Shown here: positions 52,149 through 60,870 of the stretch, piece after piece | Layout of the letters: every line of letters starts with the position of its first letter | Numbering within the stretch: position 1 is the first letter of the stretch | Origin: Bacteroidota bacterium | GTDB taxonomy: Bacteria; Bacteroidota; Bacteroidia; Bacteroidales; VadinHA17 | Direction: 5' to 3' | Length of the DNA stretch: 64,000 bases | Assembly: GCA_018262715.1 (NCBI GenBank) | Contig: JADFDS010000021.1 | Location: 112,010 to 176,009 of the forward strand | Program-made: the position numbers and the translations under genes | Notes under the pieces: generated by a model | Told to the model about the DNA's origin: nothing | The model's input: only the letters and a program-made list of their open reading frames with translations | The model's database searches: none

Positions 52149-52652
52149 ATGAGCAGAGGATTTGTCAAAGATGGTGATCAGGAAGAGCTTCCAATGGTGC
52201 CAAAGAGAGCATACCTGCCGGAGGGAGTTACTAACTTCGTCACCCGTACCGGGATGGAACAGCTGCTGGCAGAGAAGGAGACACTGATACGCGAAAGAGA
52301 TGAGCTGAACATCGCACACGAGAATGAACGACGGATTGCAGTGAATTATGTTAATGCCAGGCTTCAGCTGCTCAACAGCAGAATTGCCGAGGCAAGGATT
52401 GTTGATCCAAAAGACCAGCCACAGGATGGGGTTACCTTTGGCGCAACAGTGACCATCAAAGCAGTAGCCACCGGAAAATTACAGACTTTTCAGATAGTCG
52501 GAGTAGACGAGTCAGATATCTCTAAAGGAAAAATCTCATTCATCTCACCGCTCGCAAAGGCGCTGTTGAACAAGAAAACAGGGGAAAGAGTGGCGCTTCA
52601 GCGCGAAAAGGAAGAGATAAAATACGATATCGTCGATATATCCTGCGACTGA
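52149..52652 (+). CDS. GreA/GreB-family protein (C-terminal domain type)
   Basis: Coiled-coil N-terminal part, then FQIVGVDESDISKGKISFISPLAKALLNKKTGERV, the Gre C-domain pattern. Confidence 0.75.
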   Translation: MSRGFVKDGDQEELPMVPKRAYLPEGVTNFVTRTGMEQLLAEKETLIRERDELNIAHENERRIAVNYVNARLQLLNSRIAEARIVDPKDQPQDGVTFGATVTIKAVATGKLQTFQIVGVDESDISKGKISFISPLAKALLNKKTGERVALQREKEEIKYDIVDISCD

Positions 52653-52766
52653 ATTGGCAGTTATTTCGTTGCCTGATTCATTCTGTCTTCACCTGGCTTT
52701 TCGCGAGGGTACGCCTTCAACCGTAATTGTAACCGGCTTTATGAATCCCTCCTCATCAAATGTACT

Positions 52767-53333
52767 TTAATTTTTCACGCACCTGACAGACATTCCTGCC
52801 GGTTGATTGTAATGATTCACACCAACATAGATATCGTTAAAAGCAATATACCGGTACCAGGCCCAACCGGGGACATCCAGACTGGATGTCCACCAATTGC
52901 CATATACTCCAAATTGCATAAAGGCCCCGTTAAAGTTACGTGCGCCTCCTCCAATGGCGGTAAACAGTGTCCGGTTTGTGGCACCGGTGTTGGGGCTTAG
53001 CCAGTGCCCAAGTCCTTCTTCCTTGAGTTCAGCTCCTGCAACATATATGCCTCCGAGAAAATCAGTCAACCTGGTCCATTCGGGATGAGTCGGCACATGC
53101 CAGCCAACAGGGCAGAGATTGCCATTATTTACTGCAAACCAGTTATACAGGGCACCGTAAGGATTCTTATATGTGGTTTCATCGTTATTGAACCAGCAGT
53201 ATCCGGGTGTCGTCAGGGCTGTCCATTCATTATTGCCGGTCACAAGAGGGATTGCATCACCGCCGGTAATAATGTTTCTTACTGTTTGTTCATGACAATA
53301 CGATGACAATATTGCAGACAACTGATCCTGCAA
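52767..53333 (-). CDS. Fib_succ_major (TIGR02145) domain protein, apparently 5'-truncated (possible pseudogene)
   Basis: YGALYNWFAV, CPVGWHVPTHPEWTRL, WWTSS and the ending SVRCVKN are family hallmarks. The frame opens only 6 codons upstream (TGA at 53354..53352). The only start is TTG at 53333. No signal peptide. Confidence 0.6.
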   Translation of the reverse strand: MQDQLSAILSSYCHEQTVRNIITGGDAIPLVTGNNEWTALTTPGYCWFNNDETTYKNPYGALYNWFAVNNGNLCPVGWHVPTHPEWTRLTDFLGGIYVAGAELKEEGLGHWLSPNTGATNRTLFTAIGGGARNFNGAFMQFGVYGNWWTSSLDVPGWAWYRYIAFNDIYVGVNHYNQPAGMSVRCVKN

Positions 53334-53425
53334 CGACGATTGTACGGAGCCTCAGGAAGTTAAAAGTTTCAACCGGTCGACAACATCTAATTATCAGACC
53401 AGGTACTGTCAGCATTCAAATTGAC

Positions 53426-55168
53426 TTATTCCGATGAACTGACATACGAACTTGCCTGATCCGGATCTCCTCCCGTATATTTCGGATAGTTCGGATATGA
53501 GCAAAGGATATATCCTTTACCTTCCGGCTTTGCAACTATACGTCCCTCGGTGTTGATAACAAGTGTCCTCGCCGGTGCGGTACCTGCTTCGACCCATGAT
53601 ATTAACAAATCCAATTTATCATTGGAGCTTGGTGCCGGAATGTTTTTTACTGTTATTGTATCTCCATCCCCGTTAACCTTATAACTTCGGCCTGATAATC
53701 CATGACCTCCCTGCGGGACAACATATAACCGGGCGAACCTGTCAAGCTTTTTCTGCCCCATTTTTTCTGTCAGAGACTGATAGTAATCGAGCTGAGCACC
53801 CGAAGAGGCGATAAAATCCTGCGTGCCGATCGTAAGAATTATCTTTCCTCCGTGTTTGTAAAATGCATTCAGATCAGGATTTGTTGCGTCGAGCCATCCG
53901 GAAATCTGTTTCCGGCGCTTGATCATGGCTTTATCCTCAGTGTAGTCCAATGGATTAGCCGACAGATTCTGCATCAGGAATCCGGTTACTCCAAGGACTC
54001 CCAGGGATGAATGTACCTGGGCGTTATCAGACGCACCTTCCTGCCCCTTATACCGGGAAGGAGCAATCGTTCCAAACGATTCCGGATCGATAGTCGGAAG
54101 CCACATACCGAATGACTTGACTCCATTTGCGAGAGGAGCCGGGAACTTTAACCGGCTATATACGAATTCAAGAGTTTTGATCTGTTCATCAGAGAGCCTG
54201 GCCGATACAGAATTATCTTCAGGGTTCGGATCCTTTCCGTCCGGCCCGCGCAACCCTGCCCATGGATCAACAGTCCCGATACCGTCTGTTACGTCAAAAT
54301 GAGCCCGGGATGCCATGTAGTTGTTGATTATACCGTCAGACAATCCGTCAAGTTTGTCACATTGTCTCAGAAACTCAGCCCTGATTGCATTGGTTTTAGC
54401 AGGCGTCACCCAGCTTGCCAATGATTTTTCCTTTATTCTGATCAGTTCAGGAGCAAGCATAAGAGTTGAAAAGCTGACTATCGGGACATCAGAGATAATG
54501 CCGTCATAATCAGCAGGGTATCTTTGTGCAACTGCAAGTCCTTCTCGCCCGCCCTGAGAACCTCCGACATAATAGTTGAAGAGGGGCCGCTTATTATAAA
54601 TTCTTTCAATTATGACCATTGCGGCATCGTGAGTCTTCTTCATCTGCATATACCCAAGATTGCGGATCGCCTCTTCATTGAGTGCCCAGTCATCTGGCCC
54701 GGCTCCTGACGGACCTGAGGCCAGGGCTTTGCCTCCACCACCCATTCCTCCCTGGTGGCCCGAGTCGCTGCCATACAACACAAATCCCTTGTTGATCTGC
54801 GGATTTTTGCCTTCCCTGACTGTGATCGATCCATTCAGTCCACCGCCACCCATTTGTATGGCACGGCGAGACCAGCTTGCCGGAAGAAGAACGCGAAAAT
54901 TAATGGGCCAGCCATTAGGATCTGCCGGTAAAATCGAACCCTCAATAACAGCGTATGCAGGAGTGGCATCGGTGGATTCAACCCAGCGCGGTACATAAAG
55001 CCTGACCGAACCGACAGGTTCTCCGATGGCTGAAGCCGGGATTGAGGTACCCGCCCTTTCAATGTCGGCTTTGGTAATTACTATATTTTCTACATAAGAG
55101 CCCTGACTGACAGCAGATGATTCTGCAAAAATCAATGCTGCAATGACCAGGGAAAAGAGTCTCTTCAT
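53426..55168 (-). CDS. Secreted tannase/feruloyl-esterase-family alpha/beta hydrolase
   Basis: INFRVLLPASWSRRAIQMGGGGLNG, nucleophile block YYVGGSQGGREGLAVAQRYPADYDGIISDVP, His block VVPQGGHGLSG. Signal peptide. Confidence 0.7.
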   Translation of the reverse strand: MKRLFSLVIAALIFAESSAVSQGSYVENIVITKADIERAGTSIPASAIGEPVGSVRLYVPRWVESTDATPAYAVIEGSILPADPNGWPINFRVLLPASWSRRAIQMGGGGLNGSITVREGKNPQINKGFVLYGSDSGHQGGMGGGGKALASGPSGAGPDDWALNEEAIRNLGYMQMKKTHDAAMVIIERIYNKRPLFNYYVGGSQGGREGLAVAQRYPADYDGIISDVPIVSFSTLMLAPELIRIKEKSLASWVTPAKTNAIRAEFLRQCDKLDGLSDGIINNYMASRAHFDVTDGIGTVDPWAGLRGPDGKDPNPEDNSVSARLSDEQIKTLEFVYSRLKFPAPLANGVKSFGMWLPTIDPESFGTIAPSRYKGQEGASDNAQVHSSLGVLGVTGFLMQNLSANPLDYTEDKAMIKRRKQISGWLDATNPDLNAFYKHGGKIILTIGTQDFIASSGAQLDYYQSLTEKMGQKKLDRFARLYVVPQGGHGLSGRSYKVNGDGDTITVKNIPAPSSNDKLDLLISWVEAGTAPARTLVINTEGRIVAKPEGKGYILCSYPNYPKYTGGDPDQASSYVSSSE

Positions 55169-55176
55169 AATTTCTT

Positions 55177-56004
55177 TTATTTTATGCTTTTCTCACTATA
55201 GTTGATATTAACCCCGTAGTCAGTAATGACAAGATTAAGTCCCATCATGCCATTCGATTTTTTCTCACCTTTTACTTTCCCTGAAATAACATCTTTACTT
55301 AAAGTTATCATATCATCAACCCGCTGCTTTGTTTCAGCATTGTTGCCATAATAGTGACCGGGAAACAGAAATTTAATCCCATAGTTCTCCATAATTGTAC
55401 TCATTCTCTCGCAGGTTGCAATGAGAGTTGAGAAATCCATGCTTAAAAGCAGGTTTCCTGAACCAAATGAATCACCACTGAAACCATAAGCGGCATTTTT
55501 ATCAATAAATGTGGTAGAGCCAGGGGTATGACCTGGTGTAAAAACTACTTCCAGTTTCCTTCCCCCTAAATCAATCTCTTCACCGTCAGTCAGGAATTTG
55601 ATGTTCCCTTTATAACGAGGCATAACCTGTGGAATATAATCCTTATCGCCAGGATTGATGTATATCTCAGGGAAGCGATCAACTGCCGAGCCCGTGTGAT
55701 CATTGTGCACATGTGTGGCAACCAGCATAATTGGTTTTTTTGTAATAGTAGCCACAATCTTGTCCAAATCCTTAATTCTTGTACCTGCATCGATCAGAAC
55801 AGCTTTCTCGGTTCCTTCCACGAGATACAGACTTTCGTTGTACACCAGATTCCCGGTTCCTACCCAGGTATGCTCGTCAATCTGATGGAAAACAACTTCA
55901 TCATTTTTGAAAACTGCTTCTCCGTCCAGAAAGGACTGCTGTGCAGGCGCAGCCATATCTGAACATAGAATGAATGCTGCAATTGCATAAAATTTCACTT
56001 TCAT
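55177..56004 (-). CDS. Secreted MBL-fold metallo-hydrolase
   Basis: HVHNDHTG (HxHxDH) and TPGHTPGS. Signal peptide from the internal ATG (MKVKFYAIAAFIL). Confidence 0.75.
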   Translation of the reverse strand: MKVKFYAIAAFILCSDMAAPAQQSFLDGEAVFKNDEVVFHQIDEHTWVGTGNLVYNESLYLVEGTEKAVLIDAGTRIKDLDKIVATITKKPIMLVATHVHNDHTGSAVDRFPEIYINPGDKDYIPQVMPRYKGNIKFLTDGEEIDLGGRKLEVVFTPGHTPGSTTFIDKNAAYGFSGDSFGSGNLLLSMDFSTLIATCERMSTIMENYGIKFLFPGHYYGNNAETKQRVDDMITLSKDVISGKVKGEKKSNGMMGLNLVITDYGVNINYSEKSIK

Positions 56005-56247
56005 AGTATCAGGCATATTTAAAAACGGATATTAAAAATTTACATGGATAAAAGTAGCCATCAATTTTACTTCCTGTTCCATTTCGTTCAGGTCAATTAA
56101 CCCCCAATGGATTTTTTTCTTACAGTTATCAATCAATTCCTTTTCATTTTCAGTCAACGTAATCTGTGGCTAAAAATATAATGTAGTTTAGCACAAGAAA
56201 TGACTATTTTTTCCAGAATCACAATCGTAACCATTTTAAAAGAAACG

Positions 56248-56982
56248 ATGAACAACAAACTTAAAACACTGTCATTGGCGGTTGTCGCTGTAATTTTCAC
56301 AGGATTAGGATTACATGCGCAAACCGTTCCATCCGGACGTCAGATGGACGATCCCACAAAACGCGATACTGTACGGAGCATCGCAGCATACTTTATTCCG
56401 GCCACAAAATCAAAAAAGACACCGGATTCTCAGGGATTTATTCAACGTTGGTTACTGTTAGAGCCAATAGACAAACCCAACCGCAGTAATACTGTATTTA
56501 CAGACAGCTATATTAGAGAAGCATTTACAACCGTGTATTTTCCAAACCAGTTTACTGCTCTTCCCAAAGACGGAGAAAAAGTAAAAGTCGGAGAACAGGA
56601 GTTGACATGGCATGCACTGGAGAGCAAGAAGTTCAATGTGAAACTATTTCGTTTCGCCTATGGGTTAAACAAACAGGTTTACGGAGTCCTGTTCTGGGCG
56701 GTAACCGTAGTCAATAGTCCGCAGGAAATGAAAAATGTCAGAATGGCGGTAGGTTCAAATTCGGCATCAATGTGGTGGCTGAATGGCGAGGAGGCAGTTA
56801 TACTTTCGGGAGACAGGCGAATGGTAATGGATGATTGTGTCTCACCCAGGCTGACACTTAACAAAGGGAAGAATATAATCAGGGGAGCAGTAATCAATGG
56901 TCCCGGAATGAGTGATTTCTGTGTTCGCTTTCTGGATGAAAAAGGAGAGCCTATTAAAGATATCACAATCAGTTGTGAATAA
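56248..56982 (+). CDS. Secreted ~245-aa protein of unknown function (jelly-roll/galactose-binding-like signature), copy 1
   Basis: The internal ATG gives the signal peptide MNNKLKTLSLAVVAVIFTGLGLHAQ, matching the start of its paralogue. GFIQRWLLLEPI...WWLNGEEAV...FCVRFLDEKGEP pattern. About 89% identical to 58559..59293 by eye. Confidence 0.6.
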   Translation: MNNKLKTLSLAVVAVIFTGLGLHAQTVPSGRQMDDPTKRDTVRSIAAYFIPATKSKKTPDSQGFIQRWLLLEPIDKPNRSNTVFTDSYIREAFTTVYFPNQFTALPKDGEKVKVGEQELTWHALESKKFNVKLFRFAYGLNKQVYGVLFWAVTVVNSPQEMKNVRMAVGSNSASMWWLNGEEAVILSGDRRMVMDDCVSPRLTLNKGKNIIRGAVINGPGMSDFCVRFLDEKGEPIKDITISCE

Positions 56983-57031
56983 ACACAGTCAGTCAATATT
57001 TTAAGATCTCAATTATATATATAATAGAATT

Positions 57032-58483
57032 ATGAAATCAAGAATTAAAATATCGGGCATTACAGCCCTGTTATCATTTATTTTAACCGGAACAGTGGCA
57101 GCACAAATCGGGAAACCATTTATACATGATCCATCAACGATCATGGAATGTGAAGGAAAGTACTACACATTTGGCACCGGTGGAGGCGGATTAATATCTG
57201 AAGATGGCTGGACATGGAACGGTGGGGCAGTAAGACCCGGCGGAGGTGCCGCACCGGATGCCATGAAAATCGGTGATCGTTATCTTGTAGTCTATGGTGC
57301 CACAGGCGGAGGCCTTGGAGGCGGACATAACGGAAGAATACTTACCATGTGGAATAAGACACTCGACCCGCAATCTCCGGATTTTAAATACACAGAGGCC
57401 ATCCTGGTTGCCCAGTCCGACGGTATCGAAGATAATGATGCCATCGACCCGGGACTCCTTCTGGATCCGACTGATGGCCGTTTATGGTGTTGTTACGGAA
57501 CCTACTTCGGGTTCATTCGCCTCATAGAACTCGATCCAAAGACAGGAAAACGCATGGAAGGGAATAAAGCCATTGATATTGCCATTGACTGTGAAGCCAC
57601 AGACCTGGAGTATCGCGATGGATGGTATTATCTTCTTGGCACACACGGAACCTGCTGCGATGGCGCAAACTCTACATATAATATTGTCGTCGGACGGTCC
57701 AGAAATGTAACAGGGCCATACCTCGACAATATGGGACGAGACATGCTGACAGGTGGCGGCAAAATGGTATTGGCTGCCGGCGGAAGAGTTATGGGCCCGG
57801 GACATTTCGGACGCGTGATTCTTGAAGACGGGGTTGAAAAGATGTCCTGTCATTTTGAAGCAGACCTGGATCAGAGCGGCCGCAGCACATTGGGCATCCG
57901 TCCGTTGCTGTGGAAGAACGGATGGCCTGTTGCCGGAGAAAACATCAAGGAAGGAACCTATGAAATTGAATCTGAAAGAAGAGGATATGCCCTGGAACTG
58001 GTGGTTGATTTTGTAAGAATGGCTGGCGGGATGCGCGGCTTCGGGCGTAATGCCAATGAACCGATAAAACCGGTTCCATCACAGGAACTGGCAGATGTGA
58101 TCGATACCTGGCCAACCGGAAACATTGGCGTAAGAATAGGAGATTACATGACCCGCCCGCACCAGAAATGGACAATAACAGCAGCTCCCGATTCAAGCGG
58201 ATATTTGGGAGCTCCATACTACAAAATAGTAATAGCAGGAACAGAACGGGCATTAGCAGCAACAGCTGATGCCGAGGTGATAACCGTACCGGAATTTACC
58301 GGAGCTCCGGAACAGTTGTGGCGGATTGATCAGTTAACTGACGGAACATACAGAATAATGCCCAAGGTAGTACCAAATTCAGACAAGAAGCTGGCGCTGA
58401 TTTCTATCGGAGACAGTACGCCTACCCTTGCAGAGTTTGATATGAGCAGTGACAACTCCAAATGGAATTTCAGAGCGCATTAA
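57032..58483 (+). CDS. GH43 endo-alpha-1,5-L-arabinanase-like enzyme with C-terminal ricin-type (CBM13-like) domain, copy 1
   Basis: FIHDPS (base Asp), DAIDPG, CEATDLEY (acid Glu), GTHGTCCDGANSTYNIVVGRSRNVTGPYLDNMG. C-terminal QxW-like motifs (HQKWTI, EQLWRI, SKWNF). Confidence 0.85.
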   Translation: MKSRIKISGITALLSFILTGTVAAQIGKPFIHDPSTIMECEGKYYTFGTGGGGLISEDGWTWNGGAVRPGGGAAPDAMKIGDRYLVVYGATGGGLGGGHNGRILTMWNKTLDPQSPDFKYTEAILVAQSDGIEDNDAIDPGLLLDPTDGRLWCCYGTYFGFIRLIELDPKTGKRMEGNKAIDIAIDCEATDLEYRDGWYYLLGTHGTCCDGANSTYNIVVGRSRNVTGPYLDNMGRDMLTGGGKMVLAAGGRVMGPGHFGRVILEDGVEKMSCHFEADLDQSGRSTLGIRPLLWKNGWPVAGENIKEGTYEIESERRGYALELVVDFVRMAGGMRGFGRNANEPIKPVPSQELADVIDTWPTGNIGVRIGDYMTRPHQKWTITAAPDSSGYLGAPYYKIVIAGTERALAATADAEVITVPEFTGAPEQLWRIDQLTDGTYRIMPKVVPNSDKKLALISIGDSTPTLAEFDMSSDNSKWNFRAH

Positions 58484-58558
58484 TTGTATTCTATGATTTC
58501 TTAATACCATTGTTTGCGAGTATCTTAAATAACAACAATTACATCGGAGAAATTAGTT

Positions 58559-59293
58559 ATGAACGCAAAACATAAAACATTGTTTTTGGCGATTATCGCT
58601 GTAATTTTTACAGGACTGGGATTACAGGCGCAGAACTTTCCAACCGGCCGCCAAATGGACGATCCAACCAAACGCGATACGGTAAGAAGCATTGCACCTT
58701 ACTTTATTCAGGCCAAGAAATCAAAAAAGACGCCAGATGCCCAGGGTTTTATTCAACGCTGGTTACTCCTGGAACCAATTGACAAACCCAATCGCAGCAA
58801 TACTGTTTTTACTGACAGTTATATAAGAGAGGCATTTACAACCGAGTATTTTCCTGGCCAGTTTACTGTTCTTCCAAAAAAAGGAGAAAAAGTTAAAGTC
58901 GGAGAGCAGATGTTAACCTGGCATGCGTTGGAGAGCACAAACTTCAATGTTAAACTGTTTCGTTTCGCCTATGGGTTGCACAAACAGACTTACGGAGTTC
59001 TGTTCTGGGCGGTAACCGTGGTCAATAGTCCACGGGAAATGCAAAATGTCAGGATGGCTGTAGGTTCAAATTCGGCATCAATGTGGTGGCTGAACGGAGA
59101 GGAGGCAGTTATTCTTTCGGGAGACAGGCGAATGGTAATGGATGATTGTGTCTCACCCCGTCTGACACTTAAAAAAGGGAAGAACATTATCAGGGGAGCA
59201 GTAATCAATGGCCCCGGGATGAGTGATTTCTGTGTTCGCTTCCTTGATGAAAAAGGAGAACCGGTAAGAGATATCACAATCAGTTACAAATAA
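58559..59293 (+). CDS. Secreted ~245-aa protein of unknown function, copy 2
   Basis: Paralogue of 56248..56982 with the same signal peptide and motifs. Confidence 0.6.
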   Translation: MNAKHKTLFLAIIAVIFTGLGLQAQNFPTGRQMDDPTKRDTVRSIAPYFIQAKKSKKTPDAQGFIQRWLLLEPIDKPNRSNTVFTDSYIREAFTTEYFPGQFTVLPKKGEKVKVGEQMLTWHALESTNFNVKLFRFAYGLHKQTYGVLFWAVTVVNSPREMQNVRMAVGSNSASMWWLNGEEAVILSGDRRMVMDDCVSPRLTLKKGKNIIRGAVINGPGMSDFCVRFLDEKGEPVRDITISYK

Positions 59294-59340
59294 GTACAGT
59301 ACGTCAGTATTTCAAAATCTCGGTTGAATAAAATTGAATT

Positions 59341-60780
59341 ATGAAATCAGGAATTAAAATATCTGGAATAACCGCCCTGTTGTCAGTTATCCTGACCGGA
59401 ACGGTGGCAGCACAGATAGGGAAACCGTTTATCCATGATCCATCAACAATAATGGAATGTGATGGCAAGTATTACACATTTGGCACCGGTGGAGGCGGAC
59501 TGATATCCGAAGACGGCTGGACATGGAACAGTGGTGCTGTCAGGCCTGGCGGAGGGGTTGCACCTGATGCTGTTAAAATTGGAGATCGTTACTACATCTC
59601 ATACGCCAGAGGCACCGGAGGCCATGCAAGTGAAGTCTATGTGATGTGGACAAAAACTCTTGACCCGGAATCTCCTGATTTTGGGTTTAAGGATGAAACT
59701 CGTGTTGCTTTTAGTGATGGTATCGAAGATTGCGATGCAATCGATCCCGGGTTCCTTCTGGATCCGACTGATGGCCGCTTATGGTGCTGTTACGGAACCT
59801 ACTTCGGGTATATCCGCCTGGTGGAGCTTGATCCCAAAACAGGAAAACGTGTCGAAGGGAATGAAGCAATTAACATTGCAATTGATTGCGAAGCCGCTGA
59901 CCTGGAGTACCGCGACGGATGGTATTATCTCCTGGCGACGCACGGAACCTGCTGCGATGGGGCAAACTCAACTTACAATATAGTCGTTGGCCGTTCCAGA
60001 AATGTAACAGGGCCATACCTCGACAATATGGGAAGAGACATGCTGACAGGTGGCGGCAAGATGGTATTGGCTGCCAGGAACAGGGTTATGGGTCCGGGAC
60101 ATTTCGGACGTTTCATTGTTGAAGACGGGGTTGAAAAGATGTCCTGTCATTATGAAGCAGACCTGGATCTGAACGGCCGCAGCACATTGGGCATCCTTCC
60201 GTTACTGTGGAAGAACGGATGGCCGGTTGCAGGAGAAAACCTCAGGGAAGGAACATATGAGATTGAATCTGAAAGAAGAGGATATTCCCTGGAACTGGTG
60301 GTTGATTTTGTAAGAATGGCTGGCGGAATGCGCGGCTTCGGACGTAATGCCAATGAACCTGTCAAACCGGTTCCATCACAGGAACTGGCAGATGTGATCG
60401 ATACCTGGCCAACCGGAAACATTGGCGTAAGAATAGGAGATTACATGACCCGCCCGCACCAGAAATGGACGATAACTCCTGCTCCCGATTCAAGCGGATA
60501 TTTGGGAGGTCCATACTACAAAATAGTAATAGCAGGAACAGAACGGGCATTAGCAGCAACAGCTGATGCCGAGGTGATAACCGTACCGGAATTTACCGGA
60601 GCTCCGGAACAGTTGTGGCGGATTGATCAGTTAACTGATGGAACGTACAGAATAATGCCCAGGGTAGTTCCAAATTCAGACAAGAAGCTGGCGCTGATTT
60701 CTATCGGAGACAGTACCCCTACGCTTGCAGAGTTTGATATGAACAGCGACAATTCCAAATGGAATTTCCGAGCTCACTGA
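59341..60780 (+). CDS. GH43 endo-alpha-1,5-L-arabinanase-like enzyme with ricin-type domain, copy 2
   Basis: Paralogue of 57032..58483. Identical catalytic motifs. The 3' third is nearly identical at nucleotide level. Confidence 0.85.
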   Translation: MKSGIKISGITALLSVILTGTVAAQIGKPFIHDPSTIMECDGKYYTFGTGGGGLISEDGWTWNSGAVRPGGGVAPDAVKIGDRYYISYARGTGGHASEVYVMWTKTLDPESPDFGFKDETRVAFSDGIEDCDAIDPGFLLDPTDGRLWCCYGTYFGYIRLVELDPKTGKRVEGNEAINIAIDCEAADLEYRDGWYYLLATHGTCCDGANSTYNIVVGRSRNVTGPYLDNMGRDMLTGGGKMVLAARNRVMGPGHFGRFIVEDGVEKMSCHYEADLDLNGRSTLGILPLLWKNGWPVAGENLREGTYEIESERRGYSLELVVDFVRMAGGMRGFGRNANEPVKPVPSQELADVIDTWPTGNIGVRIGDYMTRPHQKWTITPAPDSSGYLGGPYYKIVIAGTERALAATADAEVITVPEFTGAPEQLWRIDQLTDGTYRIMPRVVPNSDKKLALISIGDSTPTLAEFDMNSDNSKWNFRAH

Positions 60781-60829
60781 TAACCCTGGCTTAAAGAAAC
60801 ACTCAGGATATTAAACCCCATTCCGAGTA

Positions 60830-60870
60830 AGGCGGAAAATGGTCTGCTGAAATCAGGCCATATTCTGCCT
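60830..60870. terminator. Imperfect 17-bp hairpin between GH43 copy 2 (+) and galM2 (-)
   Basis: AGGCGGAAAATGGTCTG / CAGGCCATATTCTGCCT pairs at 14 of 17 positions. Confidence 0.35.

Larger units (their letters stand above)
56248..60780 (+). repeat. Tandem segmental duplication, period ~2311 bp, of a two-gene module
   Basis: 56248..58483 and 58559..60780 are collinear paralogous units. The duplication boundaries coincide with the first start codon and the last stop codon. The flanks are unrelated. Confidence 0.9.

Noticed and set aside
56032-56159. 42-codon minus-strand ORF (TTG start) ..TENEKELIDNCKKKIHWGLIDLNEMEQEVKLMATFIHVNF in the gap between the MBL gene and GH43 module
   Set aside because: It is below any reliable length, has a TTG start, and shows no recognisable motif or promoter. 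It may be a remnant, and I cannot support it as a gene.
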